Of a DNA stretch of 64,000 bases, positions 11,192 to 21,822 are shown one piece after another. Positions within the stretch are counted from its first letter, which is position 1, and each line of letters starts with the position of its first letter. Under the pieces are notes generated by a model. That model did not search any database. It worked only from the letters and a program-made list of their open reading frames with translations, and had not been told where the DNA came from. A program made the position numbers and the translations under genes. Source of the stretch: Euprymna scolopes (lineage: Eukaryota); the NCBI GenBank assembly GCA_053919585.1, contig CM132815.1, one strand, 5' to 3'.

Positions 11192-13698
11192 TACATGGAA
11201 GTCACCACTTATTAAGGCCCGGAGAGCACTCGGGATAAGGGTTATTGCGTGTACAGTAATTAATGAGGCAATATCGTAGTAATCGTTAGTAATGGAGATT
11301 TGATAAAGTGTCTTACTTAAGGGGGCGGTTCCTTAGGAACTTGTTTATGTTGGACTTGAAGACATCCAAGTTGTAATAAGGTGAGAAACAGGCAAACGGA
11401 AGAGAGTTCCACAGGCGTGCACTTCTAAGAAAGAAGATTTGTTCATGAAATCTACGCTTTGATTTAGGCACAGATAAAGAGTGGGGAAAATTACTGACAG
11501 TGGTTTCAGCTAGACGGGTGTTTTTCGTGAAAGATTATTGAGGGGGGACCAGACGAGCACTTGCCATGGAACCTAGATTCCAGTAAAGCAACTGGCCCTG
11601 ATGGCATCCCAATTATAGTGTTAGAAAAGCTTCAACCAGAACTTGCTCCCATACTTACGAAACTATTTAAGCGCTGCCTTGAGGAGAAGTGCTTTCCGAC
11701 TCCCTGGAAGACCTCATCAGTTTGCCCTGTATTTAAGAATTCAGGTGATAAGTCATCTCCCTCTCAGTACAGACCTATAAGTCTCCTGTGTGTTATGAGT
11801 AAGTTGCTGGAATCCATATTAAATAGAGAAATAGTCAACCACCTCAGCAGGAACAACCTTCTTAGTGACACACAATATGGTTTCCGCTCTGCAAGATCTA
11901 CAGCAGATGTGCTGACGGTTATATCCCACAGGATTAGTGAATCTCTTGACAAAGGCTTCCTTTCTAGGGCAATTGCTCTTGACATATCAAAGGCCTTCGA
12001 CAAGGTATGGCATAAGGGTCTACTTCACAAGATTTCCAGCTACGGTATAACTGGAAATGTTTTCTCAATCATTAAATCATTTCTCTCCGATAGGCTCATA
12101 AGAGTAGTGGTAGATGGACAAAAATCGGAGGCCTGCAATATAAATGCTGGAGTCCCTCAGGGGTCAATCCTGGGCCCAACTCTCTTCCTGATCTACATCA
12201 ATGACCTTCCTAAACACATACTTAAATCATTCGTTGACATCTCTGCTGATGAAACGACCATCTACGGCAACACATCAAAGGTTGTAAATGACGAAGTTCT
12301 CTCTGATTCTCTCTCCTCTGATCTTGAGCGCGTGGTTCAGTGGGGAAAGATGTGGCTAGTTACCTTTAATGCATCCAACACCAAACTCCTATCCTTACAT
12401 AATCAATGCTATGACCCCCATCTGGCATCAATTGTGATGGATGGCTCTCGTCTGGGTGAGGCCCCGTGTTTTGACAAGCTTCTGGGTTTGACTTTTACTC
12501 CTGATCTGAAATGGAACACGTACATCAAGTCTGTTGCCAAGGTCGCTGGAAAGTTGGTGGAATCCTTCTACCGCTCCAGAAGATATCTCACTACTGATGC
12601 AATTCTCTATCTATATAAAAACCAAGTACGTCCAAGGATGGAATACTGTTGCCATATCTGGACAGGAGCTGCTAAAAACAGCCTATCCTTCCTTGAAAGA
12701 GTACAAAATAGACTTCGTGGCTTAGTGGGTGATGCCCTTTTCTCTACCCTGCAACCTCTCTCCCACAGAAGAGATGTTGCCAGCCTATCCTTGTTTTATC
12801 GTTATTTCCATGGCAGGTGCTCGTCTGAACTCCAATCTCTGGTCTCCCCTCGCCAATCTTTCACGAAAAACACCCGTCTAGCTGAATCCAGTGTGAAAAA
12901 TTTCCCCCACTCTATATCTGTGCCTAAATCAAAACGTGGATTCCATGAACAAAGATTCTTTCTTATAACTGCACGCCTGTGGAACTCTGTTCCGTCTGCC
13001 TGCTTTCCACCGGACTACAACTTGGATGTCTTCAAGTCCAACGTTAACAAATTCCTAATGAACCGCCCCTTTAAGTAAACACTTCATCAAATCTCCACAC
13101 TAACGTAATGTACTTGCAATAACCCTTATCCCTGAGTGGCTTCCGGGCCTTGATTAGTGGTGATCACTGTGTAAAAAAATAGATAAATAAATAACGATAA
13201 AACGAAGACACGCTCGAACCGTCTCTTCTGTGAGAGAGAGGTTGCAGGGAAGAGAAAAGGGCATCCCCCACTAGGCTACGAAATCTATTTTGTACCCTGT
13301 CAAGGCAGGATAGGCTGTTTTTAGCAGTTCCTGTCAGATATGGCAGCAGTTCTCCATACTTGGGCATACTTGGCTTTTGTATAGGTAGAGAATTGCATTA
13401 GCAGTGAGATATCTTCTGGGGCGGTAGAAGGATCCAACCATTTTTCCAACGACCTTGGCAACAGATTTGATGTACGTGTTCCATTTCAGATCAGGACTAA
13501 AGGTCAAACCCGGAAGCTTGTCAAAACATAGAGCCTCCCCAAGACGAGAGCCATCGATTTCAATTGATGCCAGATGGGGATCATAGCGTTGATGGTGTAA
13601 AGATAGAAGCTTGGTTTTAGATGCATTAAAAGTAACCAGCCACATCAACCCCCATTGTACCACACGCTCGAGATCAGAGGAGAGAGAATCAGAGAGAT
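11192..13698 (-). mobile_element. 5'-truncated CR1/L2-group LINE, split into 11192-11571 and 13191-13698 by a younger copy
   Basis: ORFs 13334-13663 and 13164-13367 match the RT C-terminus; ...TTGCCATGGAA|ATAACGATAAAAC rejoins across the insertion; family 3' end at 11192. Confidence 0.88.
11572..13190 (+). mobile_element. 5'-truncated CR1/L2-group LINE with an open ORF2 RT segment of about 500 aa
   Basis: ORF to 13078: KATGPDGIP, YRPISLL, LDISKAFDKVWH, GVPQGSILGP, ISADET (catalytic YADD mutated), RRDVASLSLFYRYFHG; A-rich tail 13172-13190. Confidence 0.93.
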
Positions 13699-14011
13699 TC
13701 CTACTACTACTGCTACTACTACTAATAATAATAATAATAATAATAATAATATATGGATTTGATAAAGGTTATTCTAACGAAGAATCAGTTATGCTTCTAT
13801 GGCCATGCGGAGCGTTGATCCCTTTGTTGTAGACGGGTGTTTTAGTTTAGAAAACTGTATTTTGATAAATAATTCAGCACACTAACAATCTCCGAACTGG
13901 TCAAAATTTTTATCCATCTCGTCAATTTCCCCATAACTAATCAAATCAAATTTAAACTATCCCAGCGATAATATTTTGGAGAGTGAAACGGAAGAACAGA
14001 TAAAAGCCTAC

Positions 14012-14165
14012 CTGTACGGTAACTTATTCTGAAGTGATTGGTTGCCCAATAATTGCGCAAGTTCAATAAAATGAACAAACCATTCGTCGAGGAAACAAAA
14101 AATAGAGGAACATTTTTTTGACAGTATTTTGCGATTGTTCGTCCATGACGATCAGGGTCTCGAAT
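14012..14165 (-). CDS. CUB-repeat (cubilin-like) gene, exon 9 of 9 seen: C-half of CUB (IRDPDRHGRTIAKYCQKNVP...HFRISYRT)
   Basis: CAG acceptor, GTAGGC donor; 154 nt, phase 0 to 1, matches the preceding exon. Confidence 0.88.
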
Positions 14166-15576
14166 CTGAATAATAACAAAAGAAATACAGTTATTATGCA
14201 ATACTAGACTACTTATCCGCGACCCGTTGGGTCACAATAGCTATAACTTTTTTTCTCTGTTGATTTAATTCGATGTACACTTAAACTACAAGAGTAAAAC
14301 GACCGATATGATTGCGATAATATTTTCATATTTATGCGTCCGTAAGTAAATTAACAACAGCAACATGTTACGTTAAAGGTATATGCGAAATTAATTCCTC
14401 AATGCAAATTCTAAAATAAGTGTACATGTTTAATTTGGAAAAATTTCTACAAAAATTTGAATCGAACAGTTTTTAGGGGGGAGGGGTCACCAAGAGCGAA
14501 TTTGTATTTTTTTTTCGTTGGTAATGGAGAATATTTGTCGATTTTTTAAAAATTCTTTTTGTTTATCAAAAAAAAAAAAACTGTCCAGGCCCCAACATTT
14601 AACTACAAGAATGAATCTAAAATTGTTTAAATGAAAACGAGAAATGATCTTTTTACTCGGTGATTCAGAATCAAACAGCAATTTTGGCTAAGATATATGA
14701 CAGCAGTGTTATTTCCTAGTTTAGTCAACAAAATTATAATCAATTGTTTACATTTTCCTATTATTGTTGTTGTTGAACATTATTTTTTGCTATCAATAAT
14801 TTATATATTGATGCATTCTGGAATATTTTTAAGCGAGACAAGTAAATGTAATTAAACTTAAACAACATTAACAATTAATTAATGATTTCTCTACGTTGTC
14901 GAAGAACAGAATGATTCTTTAGTCAATGATTTAAAATTCCATTTTTACCGGAGAACAAGAGTTTTCTTCCTCTCGTCAGACGAAAGAAATTGCATTTTCA
15001 ACGGTGAACATTTAATTAAATTCCAGTTTGTGGAATATCATATGAAAGGTATGGTCAAATTAATGTGTTATTTTAAAGTACTTGTGCACTTTAGAGCAGC
15101 TTCATCACGATCGGAAGGCATTTTGTCACATCTGATCTTTAACGCCTGGAGGCTCTTGCACTCTCGGATTCACCATTATTCCATATTATTATTTTTAATC
15201 TCTTTTTTTGTTGAATTTTCAACTTTAAACTAATAAATAAAATAAAACATTGTTCTTGTTGTATTGGGAAGTCTGGTTCAAATTATTTTAAAGACGTTGG
15301 CAATTTGTATGATTTAGATTCTTCAGACTACTGGTTTCACCTTGAGTGGTATTTTCAAAACGTTTCGGTCGACGTAATCTTCGATCCTCTTCAGGTGTAT
15401 ATTGGCGAGCTCAGGAATATTTCTGTCGAACTCAGGAACCTGCACGAGACCTCAAAAATTACACTCAAGATGAGAACAGTAGTTGGAAGAAGCTAAATAA
15501 GAAGAAGAATTAATCCCTATCTCAAAAATTCAGAAACGTAATACGTTGGCAATTTGAAATGAAAGTCGTTACTTAC

Positions 15577-15752
15577 CTCCAAGTTAGATAACCCACAAAT
15601 ACTTCCAAATTGAAATTCCAAAAATGTAACTGCGATTCGATTGCCAGCGGAAACATGGATATGCCAGGCACATTGAATGAATTTGTAAAAACCTCTTGGA
15701 TATTTCGGTGAGATGATCACGCCAGAAGGAGACAATATGTCCCCACCACAAC
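15577..15752 (-). CDS. CUB gene exon 8: N-half of CUB (GCGGDILSPSGVIISPKYP...CAWHIHVSAGNRIAVTFLEFQFGSICGLSNLE)
   Basis: TTTCCAG acceptor, GTAAGT donor; 176 nt, phase 1 to 0. Confidence 0.93.
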
Positions 15753-15786
15753 CTGGAAAGAAAAATAAATAAATATGAAACAAAAA

Positions 15787-16131
15787 TGTAGTAGGCAAAA
15801 CAAAAAAAATACAACTAAAAACAGACGGAACAAAAACTCGCTTCTCGCAGACTCGTGGGTCGTAACAAGCACAATCTACTCGCCAGAATCATCTACACAC
15901 AATGTGCAGAACGCCCCCTCTCCTTTCCAGTGTCCTGCCTTTATAGCGGCCGGGAACGACATATTTGCATAATCTCGCGAGAGCAGACGTGATTCAACGA
16001 TAATCACATTGGGTAAACGCTAATAAAAGCCCATGGACGCCATCTTGGAAATCTCTCTTTCGCTCAACCAAAAACAGACGTATCCGAGGTAAGCTCTATT
16101 TCACATTTTGGTTACTGCTAATTCTGCTACA
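15787..16131. mobile_element. Probable solo LTR
   Basis: TGTAGTAG...CTGCTACA inverted termini; internal TATA-like, AATAAA and transcription-factor-like motifs; TSD not convincing. Confidence 0.5.
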
Positions 16132-16134
16132 AAA

Positions 16135-16484
16135 TGTAATAAGAAATTATACTACGAGGTCGAGAATAGAAAAAGTGCAGTGGAAAACGATGGGCGTGTA
16201 AAGTCGAAGACGAGAAATGGCTGTTTATGGCCGGCATGCAGTGAAGCAGGAAGAGAAATGCGAATCAAGGGAGATGGACATGTGGCAGCGAAAGATTTTT
16301 AAGCTAGTGTCGAGACAGGAAGAAAAAAAAGGTAATTAACAACTTCTGTTAACAATGAAAGAAAAGCCGAGTCGAATTCATTTATTTTTGTTTGTTTATT
16401 CGTTTTCGACAGTGCTGAACGGTGTGGGGGTACGAGAGGTTTGAACTGTAACGAACATGGATCGAGCGTAACGGCCACGTTACA
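16135..16484. mobile_element. Probable solo LTR of the family also seen at 26825-27640, about 46500-46870 and about 50180-50400
   Basis: TGTAA...GTTACA termini; GTAACGGCCACGTTA is the reverse complement of the 26829-26843 terminus; shared ACATGTGGCA and AAAGTCGAAGACGAGAA blocks. Confidence 0.55.
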
Positions 16485-16535
16485 TATATAACGGCTTTCG
16501 GATTAAACACCTGCAATACAGTCCACGTCGTTCTG

Positions 16536-16607
<72 letters not shown>

Positions 16608-16609
16608 GA

Positions 16610-17030
16610 AGTTTCAGGAAAATGGGGGTAGTGTGGAGTGAGAATTTCCCTCTACTTTCATCTGCGCATTTCTCTCAGTCATATCTTTGAAAATGTAACA
16701 GAATGTTTATTGAATCGGAATATTCTTTATTACAGAAGAATTTTCGATGGATAGATGTTCTGTACAAGTCCTGGAGATGAAGAATTTTCGGTGGGTAGCT
16801 GTTTTGTATAAGTCTTGCGAGCAAAGAGCAAAAGATCTTTCTCGTGTCGACATGCAAAAATTATGCGCAGGAATTCTAAAAGATTCAATATTTTCAATTC
16901 TGGTTTCTGATTGGTTGCTAGTAGAACTTAGCTCCATTTGATTGGTTAGTTCCTATTGCCAGTGTCTATGACTAGAACCTTACACTTTTTTTTTTATCAC
17001 ACTATGTAATTATATAAAAATATTGTAACA
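16610..17030. repeat. Dispersed repeat (LTR-like, double CCAAT) with a second copy at about 48690-49078
   Basis: Shared CTGGAGATGAA...CTGATTGGTT..CTAG..CTCCATTTGATTGGT...TATTG(T/C)AACA. Confidence 0.65.
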
Positions 17031-17524
17031 ATAACCATCTGTTATGTCGATATTTTATTAATCGGAAATATCTCTATACATTATCCATGCCCCATTGCGA
17101 TAACTGGTGTTTGAAGATAGTAGTCATTAAAGATCTTGTTGATTGAACACTTGTAGCCCTTTGTTTAAATGTTCGTCAGCCTTTGGCTTTCTATAGGTCC
17201 AGTTCGCCATCCCGTGGGAGTCAGGGCACAAGCAGCACCCTAATCTAATTTCAATTATGAAAAAATATTCAATTCCTGAACACTTTTATATTTACGTTTT
17301 TGAATTTTTGAGATCATGATTGGTTATCCGTATAATTTTGAATTTTTCGGACTACTGTTCTCATCTCATATATAGAGTTATACATCTAATAATATATAGT
17401 AATAATATTTAGTAATAAATATGTAATAATATATAATAATATGTAGTAATAAATAGTAATATTTACATCTAGAAAGTAACTAAGTTTAAGGCATTTAAAA
17501 TTCGGACTAGAATTGCCTGCAAGG

Positions 17525-17830
17525 ATCTGTGGTGCAGTTGTTAGAGTTCTTGGAAAAATTCAGTTGTACATCAATATTCTCCTGAAGGTTGAAGGTTCAA
17601 TCTCCAATTGCGAATTACCGAGAACCTCTATCCAATCATGGTTGACGGAATGAGAGCATGCTACCCCCGTGAAGTAAATAAAGGGTCCTGTTCAAAATTT
17701 CATGCAGATTCCAAAATTTGACAGAGAGATTCCAGAGTTCAACAAGATACACCTGACGAAGGTCGGAGGTTACATTGACCGAAACGTTGTGAAAATCATA
17801 TTCAAGATGAAAACACTAGTCCAAAAAAAA
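17525..17830 (+). mobile_element. SINE-like element: tRNA-derived head plus minimal hammerhead tail (family B)
   Basis: A box TGGTGCAGTTG (17530), B box GGTTCAATCTCC (17594), hammerhead-like CAC-CTGACGA-A-GGTCG..TGACC-GAAAC-GTT-GTG (17750-17791); tail recurs at about 9 other sites. Confidence 0.65.
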
Positions 17831-18019
17831 GCCAAATAATACAAACTTTTAGATTTGTATTTCTATAGATCCAGTTTGCCATTCCGTGTCGATCAGGGTA
17901 CAAGCGGCACTTTGGTACAGTTTCAGTTGTGACAAAATATTCAATGATTTATGGCTGAATACTTATAGAGTTTTAGCTCCATGTGCGAACGTAGAATGGA
18001 TTTTATTGTAATAAACATT

Positions 18020-18292
18020 GTTTAAATTGGATAGAGAGCGTGAACAGCATAAGGAGATGTGTGCAAAGTAAAAGACTTCATTGGTTTGGTCACATTGAAA
18101 GAATGGATAAAAGTTCTTAATAAAATGTAGAACAGTCGAGGCAGCAGGGTCAGTTGGAAGGAGGATGAGATGATAAGAATGGATGTGAAAGAAAAAAGAA
18201 TATATAAAGACCTAGGCAGATACAGGTTAGCTTGAAAGTTCCTTTTTAAAAGCCGTCCAACACATGCCAACATGTAAAATAGTCATTGAACC

Positions 18293-18345
<53 letters not shown>
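18020..18345 (+). mobile_element. RTE-clade LINE 3' fragment with (GAT)n tail
   Basis: Translates as SIRRCVQSKRLHWFGHIERMDK (RTE C-terminal RLxWFGH motif); (GAT)n at 18294-18346. Confidence 0.7.
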
Positions 18346-18349
<4 letters not shown>

Positions 18350-18905
18350 TGAAAATTCTTGGGTCAACAGATTAAAATACTAACCATATCTGATGTAAAA
18401 TGAAATCTAAACTCCCACAACTTGCAATACTAATTGATTTCTTTTTCTTTCTTTTTTTTTCATAGAAAATTTCATGTTTCTCTACTAAAAAAAAATAGAA
18501 TTAATAACTATATGTATGATTTGAATTCTTCGGCTACAGTTCTCATCTTGAGTATTATTTTTACAACATTTCGGCTGATGTAACTCCGACCTTCTTCAAG
18601 TGTCTCTTGTTGAACTCCAAAAATGTTTCTGTCAAACTCGGAAATCTGCATGGAATTTCGAACAGAATCGTTTACATGGAGTTTACATGCTCTCGTTTCG
18701 TTATTCGTCATTCCGACATTTCAAAACGAGGCCAAACTTGGAAGCGGCACATAAAACACAACAGGAAGTGGCAACAGGTAATCCCTTACCTTTCTTTACA
18801 GTGCTGAAAGAAAAAAACATCAGTTCTTACCTGTGATTACAGAATTTAAAGGTAAATGCGATTTTAATAGAGATTACAGTGCTGAGAAAAAAGCAAAACT
18901 TTTAC

Positions 18906-19069
18906 CTGGGTGTACAGTACTGAAACTAAATCTGAAGCCTTTCTTCGTCGCCAATACACCACCAGACAGAAACTTTACCACTAACTTGTTGCCGTGAGAA
19001 ATTATTGAGAAGGGTTCCTTTCTGCCGCAATATTTGCCTATTGTAACAAACCCGCTTATTTCGCCATTC
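18906..19069 (-). CDS. CUB gene exon 7: C-half of CUB (NGEISGFVTIGKYCGRKEPFSIISHGNKLVVKFLSGG...KKGFRFSFSTVHP)
   Basis: AAG acceptor, GTAAAA donor; 164 nt, phase 2 to 1, matches both neighbours; this frame is not in the ORF track. Confidence 0.9.
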
Positions 19070-19411
19070 CTTAGAAATGAACAAAAAAGAATTTAAAAAA
19101 AATAAAACAAATATATTAATATCAAAGAAAATGTCATTATTTATAACCGGCTTCATCTATATAATTATAAAACTATGTGGACCGTTCTCGCTTGCTCGTT
19201 TGATTCTTGTCTTTGACGGTCGGACAATTCTATCATTAAAAAAGGGATAACAGCTGAATTTTCGCATCCGGCTTCAAATCTTTTGGCCAGCTGTAATTGT
19301 GATACCCTGCACTGATGCTTCCTGAAAGGATGAAGCAGTAGTGTCTGTAGGTATTAAAAATAATCATAGTAATAATAATATGTCAAAAAATTGTTAATTT
19401 ACTGCCTGCAC

Positions 19412-19545
19412 AGCAGCAGCCAAATAGCGCAACGGTTAGAAGCTCCGACTGTCGTTTGGGTAGTCGAGTTTCGATCCCGGCTTGAGGTAGTTGCTCTAGC
19501 TGCACCGATGAGCTGTGATATAGCGAAACAGTGCTGTATGTGAAT
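19412..19545 (+). mobile_element. Short tRNA-head plus hammerhead element (family A), copy 1
   Basis: A box TAGCGCAACGG (19425), B box GTTTCGATCC (19468), hammerhead 19501-19542, TA tail; homologous to 58646-58785. Confidence 0.78.
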
Positions 19546-19593
19546 ATATATGTATATAAAATTTTAAAAAAGGAAGCACAAGATAAGTGGATA

Positions 19594-19644
19594 GCCCTTA
19601 ATCCGCGGAGTTTCGAAGAAATACTCTCCTTCTCATCAGAGGGC
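19594..19644 (-). ncRNA. Type I minimal hammerhead ribozyme (Penelope terminal repeat)
   Basis: GCCCT-CTGATGA-GAAGGAGAGTATTTCTTC-GAAAC-TCCGCGGA-TTA-AGGGC; copies at 21471-21521 (core CTGGTGA) and 57205-57255. Confidence 0.8.
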
Positions 19645-20650
19645 AGGAATTAGCAAAATGCAGGATCGGATTTTGCATATAAAAGTATTTAATAAAACTA
19701 CAAGTAAGTCACAGATCTTACTTGGTTAAAAAAAAGGGTGAGGTAAGGGGAACAGGAGGCAAAAGAAAAATGATAAAAAGATTTCACATGAATGGATAGT
19801 CCGGTGAAGGGTAAAAATCCAAGAATGGTAAAATCCAAAACGGTCGAATTTAAAATTACAATCCAATGGGTAAATTCCAAATGGTCCAAAATAATCCAAA
19901 AGGCAGAGTTCCTTGGAAAAAGCGCAAATGGAATGAATTCCAAATCATTAAAAGAAAAAGCCCTGGAGAGAATATTTAAAACACGTCTGTCAAGGCTGGA
20001 TGAATCAAAAAAAATAAGGTTTAAAAAAAAAACGAAAACGGTGAAAGTTTAAATTTGAAAAGCAAGGTCAAACAAGCTTAACTCTGCCAATGCCCACTTT
20101 TCAATTAAATGGACCATCCTAAAAAAAGTTAAGTCTTACACTCCAGGATCTAAGTCTTGTCATCTCTGTACATCTGAAGCAATAACTATTATAACCTCCC
20201 CTCAAAGTAGTAATATAATAAACTCTAAAAACGAACTGATCTCCTATTGCAAACATATGTCCAAGTTTAAATATAGTAAATTCGAAATCACATAGCTATT
20301 AATTTAACCCTTCAAATATATATCTTTTCCCATAGTTTTTTTTTTAATATAATCTTATTTTTAAAGCTTTTTATATTTTTAATTTTATTTGCTTTTCTTT
20401 ATTTCTTTGGCCGGTTTTCCATCTGCTGTCTCCGTTTTATGGTATAAGTATACCTATTAATTAAATATATACATCAATCTACTCATTTTTATTCTATGTA
20501 TTTGTTTACTTATATTTTACTATATGCATTTACATACACATTTATTTGCCTTATTCCGGAGTTTGTAGATACCGGCCTCTCCCTCCCCTTATTTTGTATG
20601 TAAGTATGTATGTTTTTGTTTAACTTGTATATGTTTTTGGATATGTGTAT

Positions 20651-20947
20651 NNNNNNNNNNNNNNNNNNNNNNNNNNNNNNNNNNNNNNNNNNNNNNNNNN
20701 NNNNNNNNNNNNNNNNNNNNNNNNNNNNNNNNNNNNNNNNNNNNNNNNNNNNNNNNNNNNNNNNNNNNNNNNNNNNNNNNNNNNNNNNNNNNNNNNNNNN
20801 NNNNNNNNNNNNNNNNNNNNNNNNNNNNNNNNNNNNNNNNNNNNNNNNNNNNNNNNNNNNNNNNNNNNNNNNNNNNNNNNNNNNNNNNNNNNNNNNNNNN
20901 NNNNNNNNNNNNNNNNNNNNNNNNNNNNNNNNNNNNNNNNNNNNNNN
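20651..20947. other. Assembly gap (N run); other gaps at 53645-53812, 54661-54815 and 56346-56557
   Basis: Runs of N; the gaps at 20651 and 56346 fall at the same microsatellite tract of two Penelope copies. Confidence 0.99.
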
Positions 20948-21768
20948 AACTTTGCCATTTATTTGTTCTTCTGATCAGTTTTCTTAATTTAACTCTGGGA
21001 TTTTCACGTTCATATCTAAGCTGACCTAATTATTAACGCTAACTTTCGCGCTTTTTGTCTTTATCAGTTTGACCTTGCTTTTCAAATTAAAACTTTCACC
21101 GCTTTTTGGGGGTTTTTTTTTAACCTTAATTTTTTTGATTCATCCAGCCTTGACAGACGTGTTTTAAATATTCTCCCCAGGGCTTTTTCTTTTAATGATT
21201 TGGAATTCATTCCATTTGCGCTTTTTCCAAGGAACTCTGCCTTTTGGATTATTTTGGACCATTTGGAATTTACCCATTGAATTTTACCATTCTTGGATTT
21301 TTACCCTTCACCGGACTATTCATTCATGTGAAATCTTTTTATCATTTTTCTTTTGCCTCCTATTCCCCTTACCTCACCCTTTTTTTTAACAAAGTAAGAT
21401 CTGTGACTTACTTGTAGTTTCATTAAATACTTTTATATGCAAAATCCGATCCTGCATTTTGCTAATTCCTGCCCTCTGGTGAGAAGGAGAGTATTTCTTC
21501 GAAACTCCGCGGATTAAGGACTATCCACTTATCTTGTGCTTCCTTTTTTAAAATTAAATATGTTTTTTAACTCTTTTTCAAGATGTCTTTTAACATGTTT
21601 TATTAATCATTTGTTCAAATTATAAGCTCTATTTCCTTTTCGGTTTTATTGAGCTTTTACATCTGACTGAGTTTATTTTACTTGTAAATATTAACTCTTT
21701 AATATTTATAATGTATTTTAAGTTTACCATTTTGATTACCTTGGTAAACTTATTGTAATTTTTATTTT

Positions 21769-21820
<52 letters not shown>

Positions 21821-21822
<2 letters not shown>

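Larger units (their letters stand above)
19556..21775 (+). mobile_element. Penelope-like element: inverted pseudo-LTR (19556-20073, minus), GIY-YIG C-terminus (about 20075-20295) and plus-strand terminal repeat
   Basis: KWTILKKVKSYTPGSKSCHLCTSEAITII matches 55660-55850; 19556-20073 is the reverse complement of about 21069-21556; hammerhead in both repeats; ends in (TA)n. Confidence 0.85.

Noticed and set aside
11572-13078. 505-aa ORF as an active RT gene
   Set aside because: 5'-truncated with no endonuclease, and YADD is mutated to SADE; the listed start comes from the flanking antisense copy
19200-19345. Good minus-strand acceptor (CCTACAG) as an extra exon
   Set aside because: The frames examined hit stops, there is no CUB similarity, and exons 6 and 7 already join in phase
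19412-19490. Functional tRNA gene
   Set aside because: A and B boxes are present but there is no convincing acceptor or anticodon stem; it continues into the ribozyme
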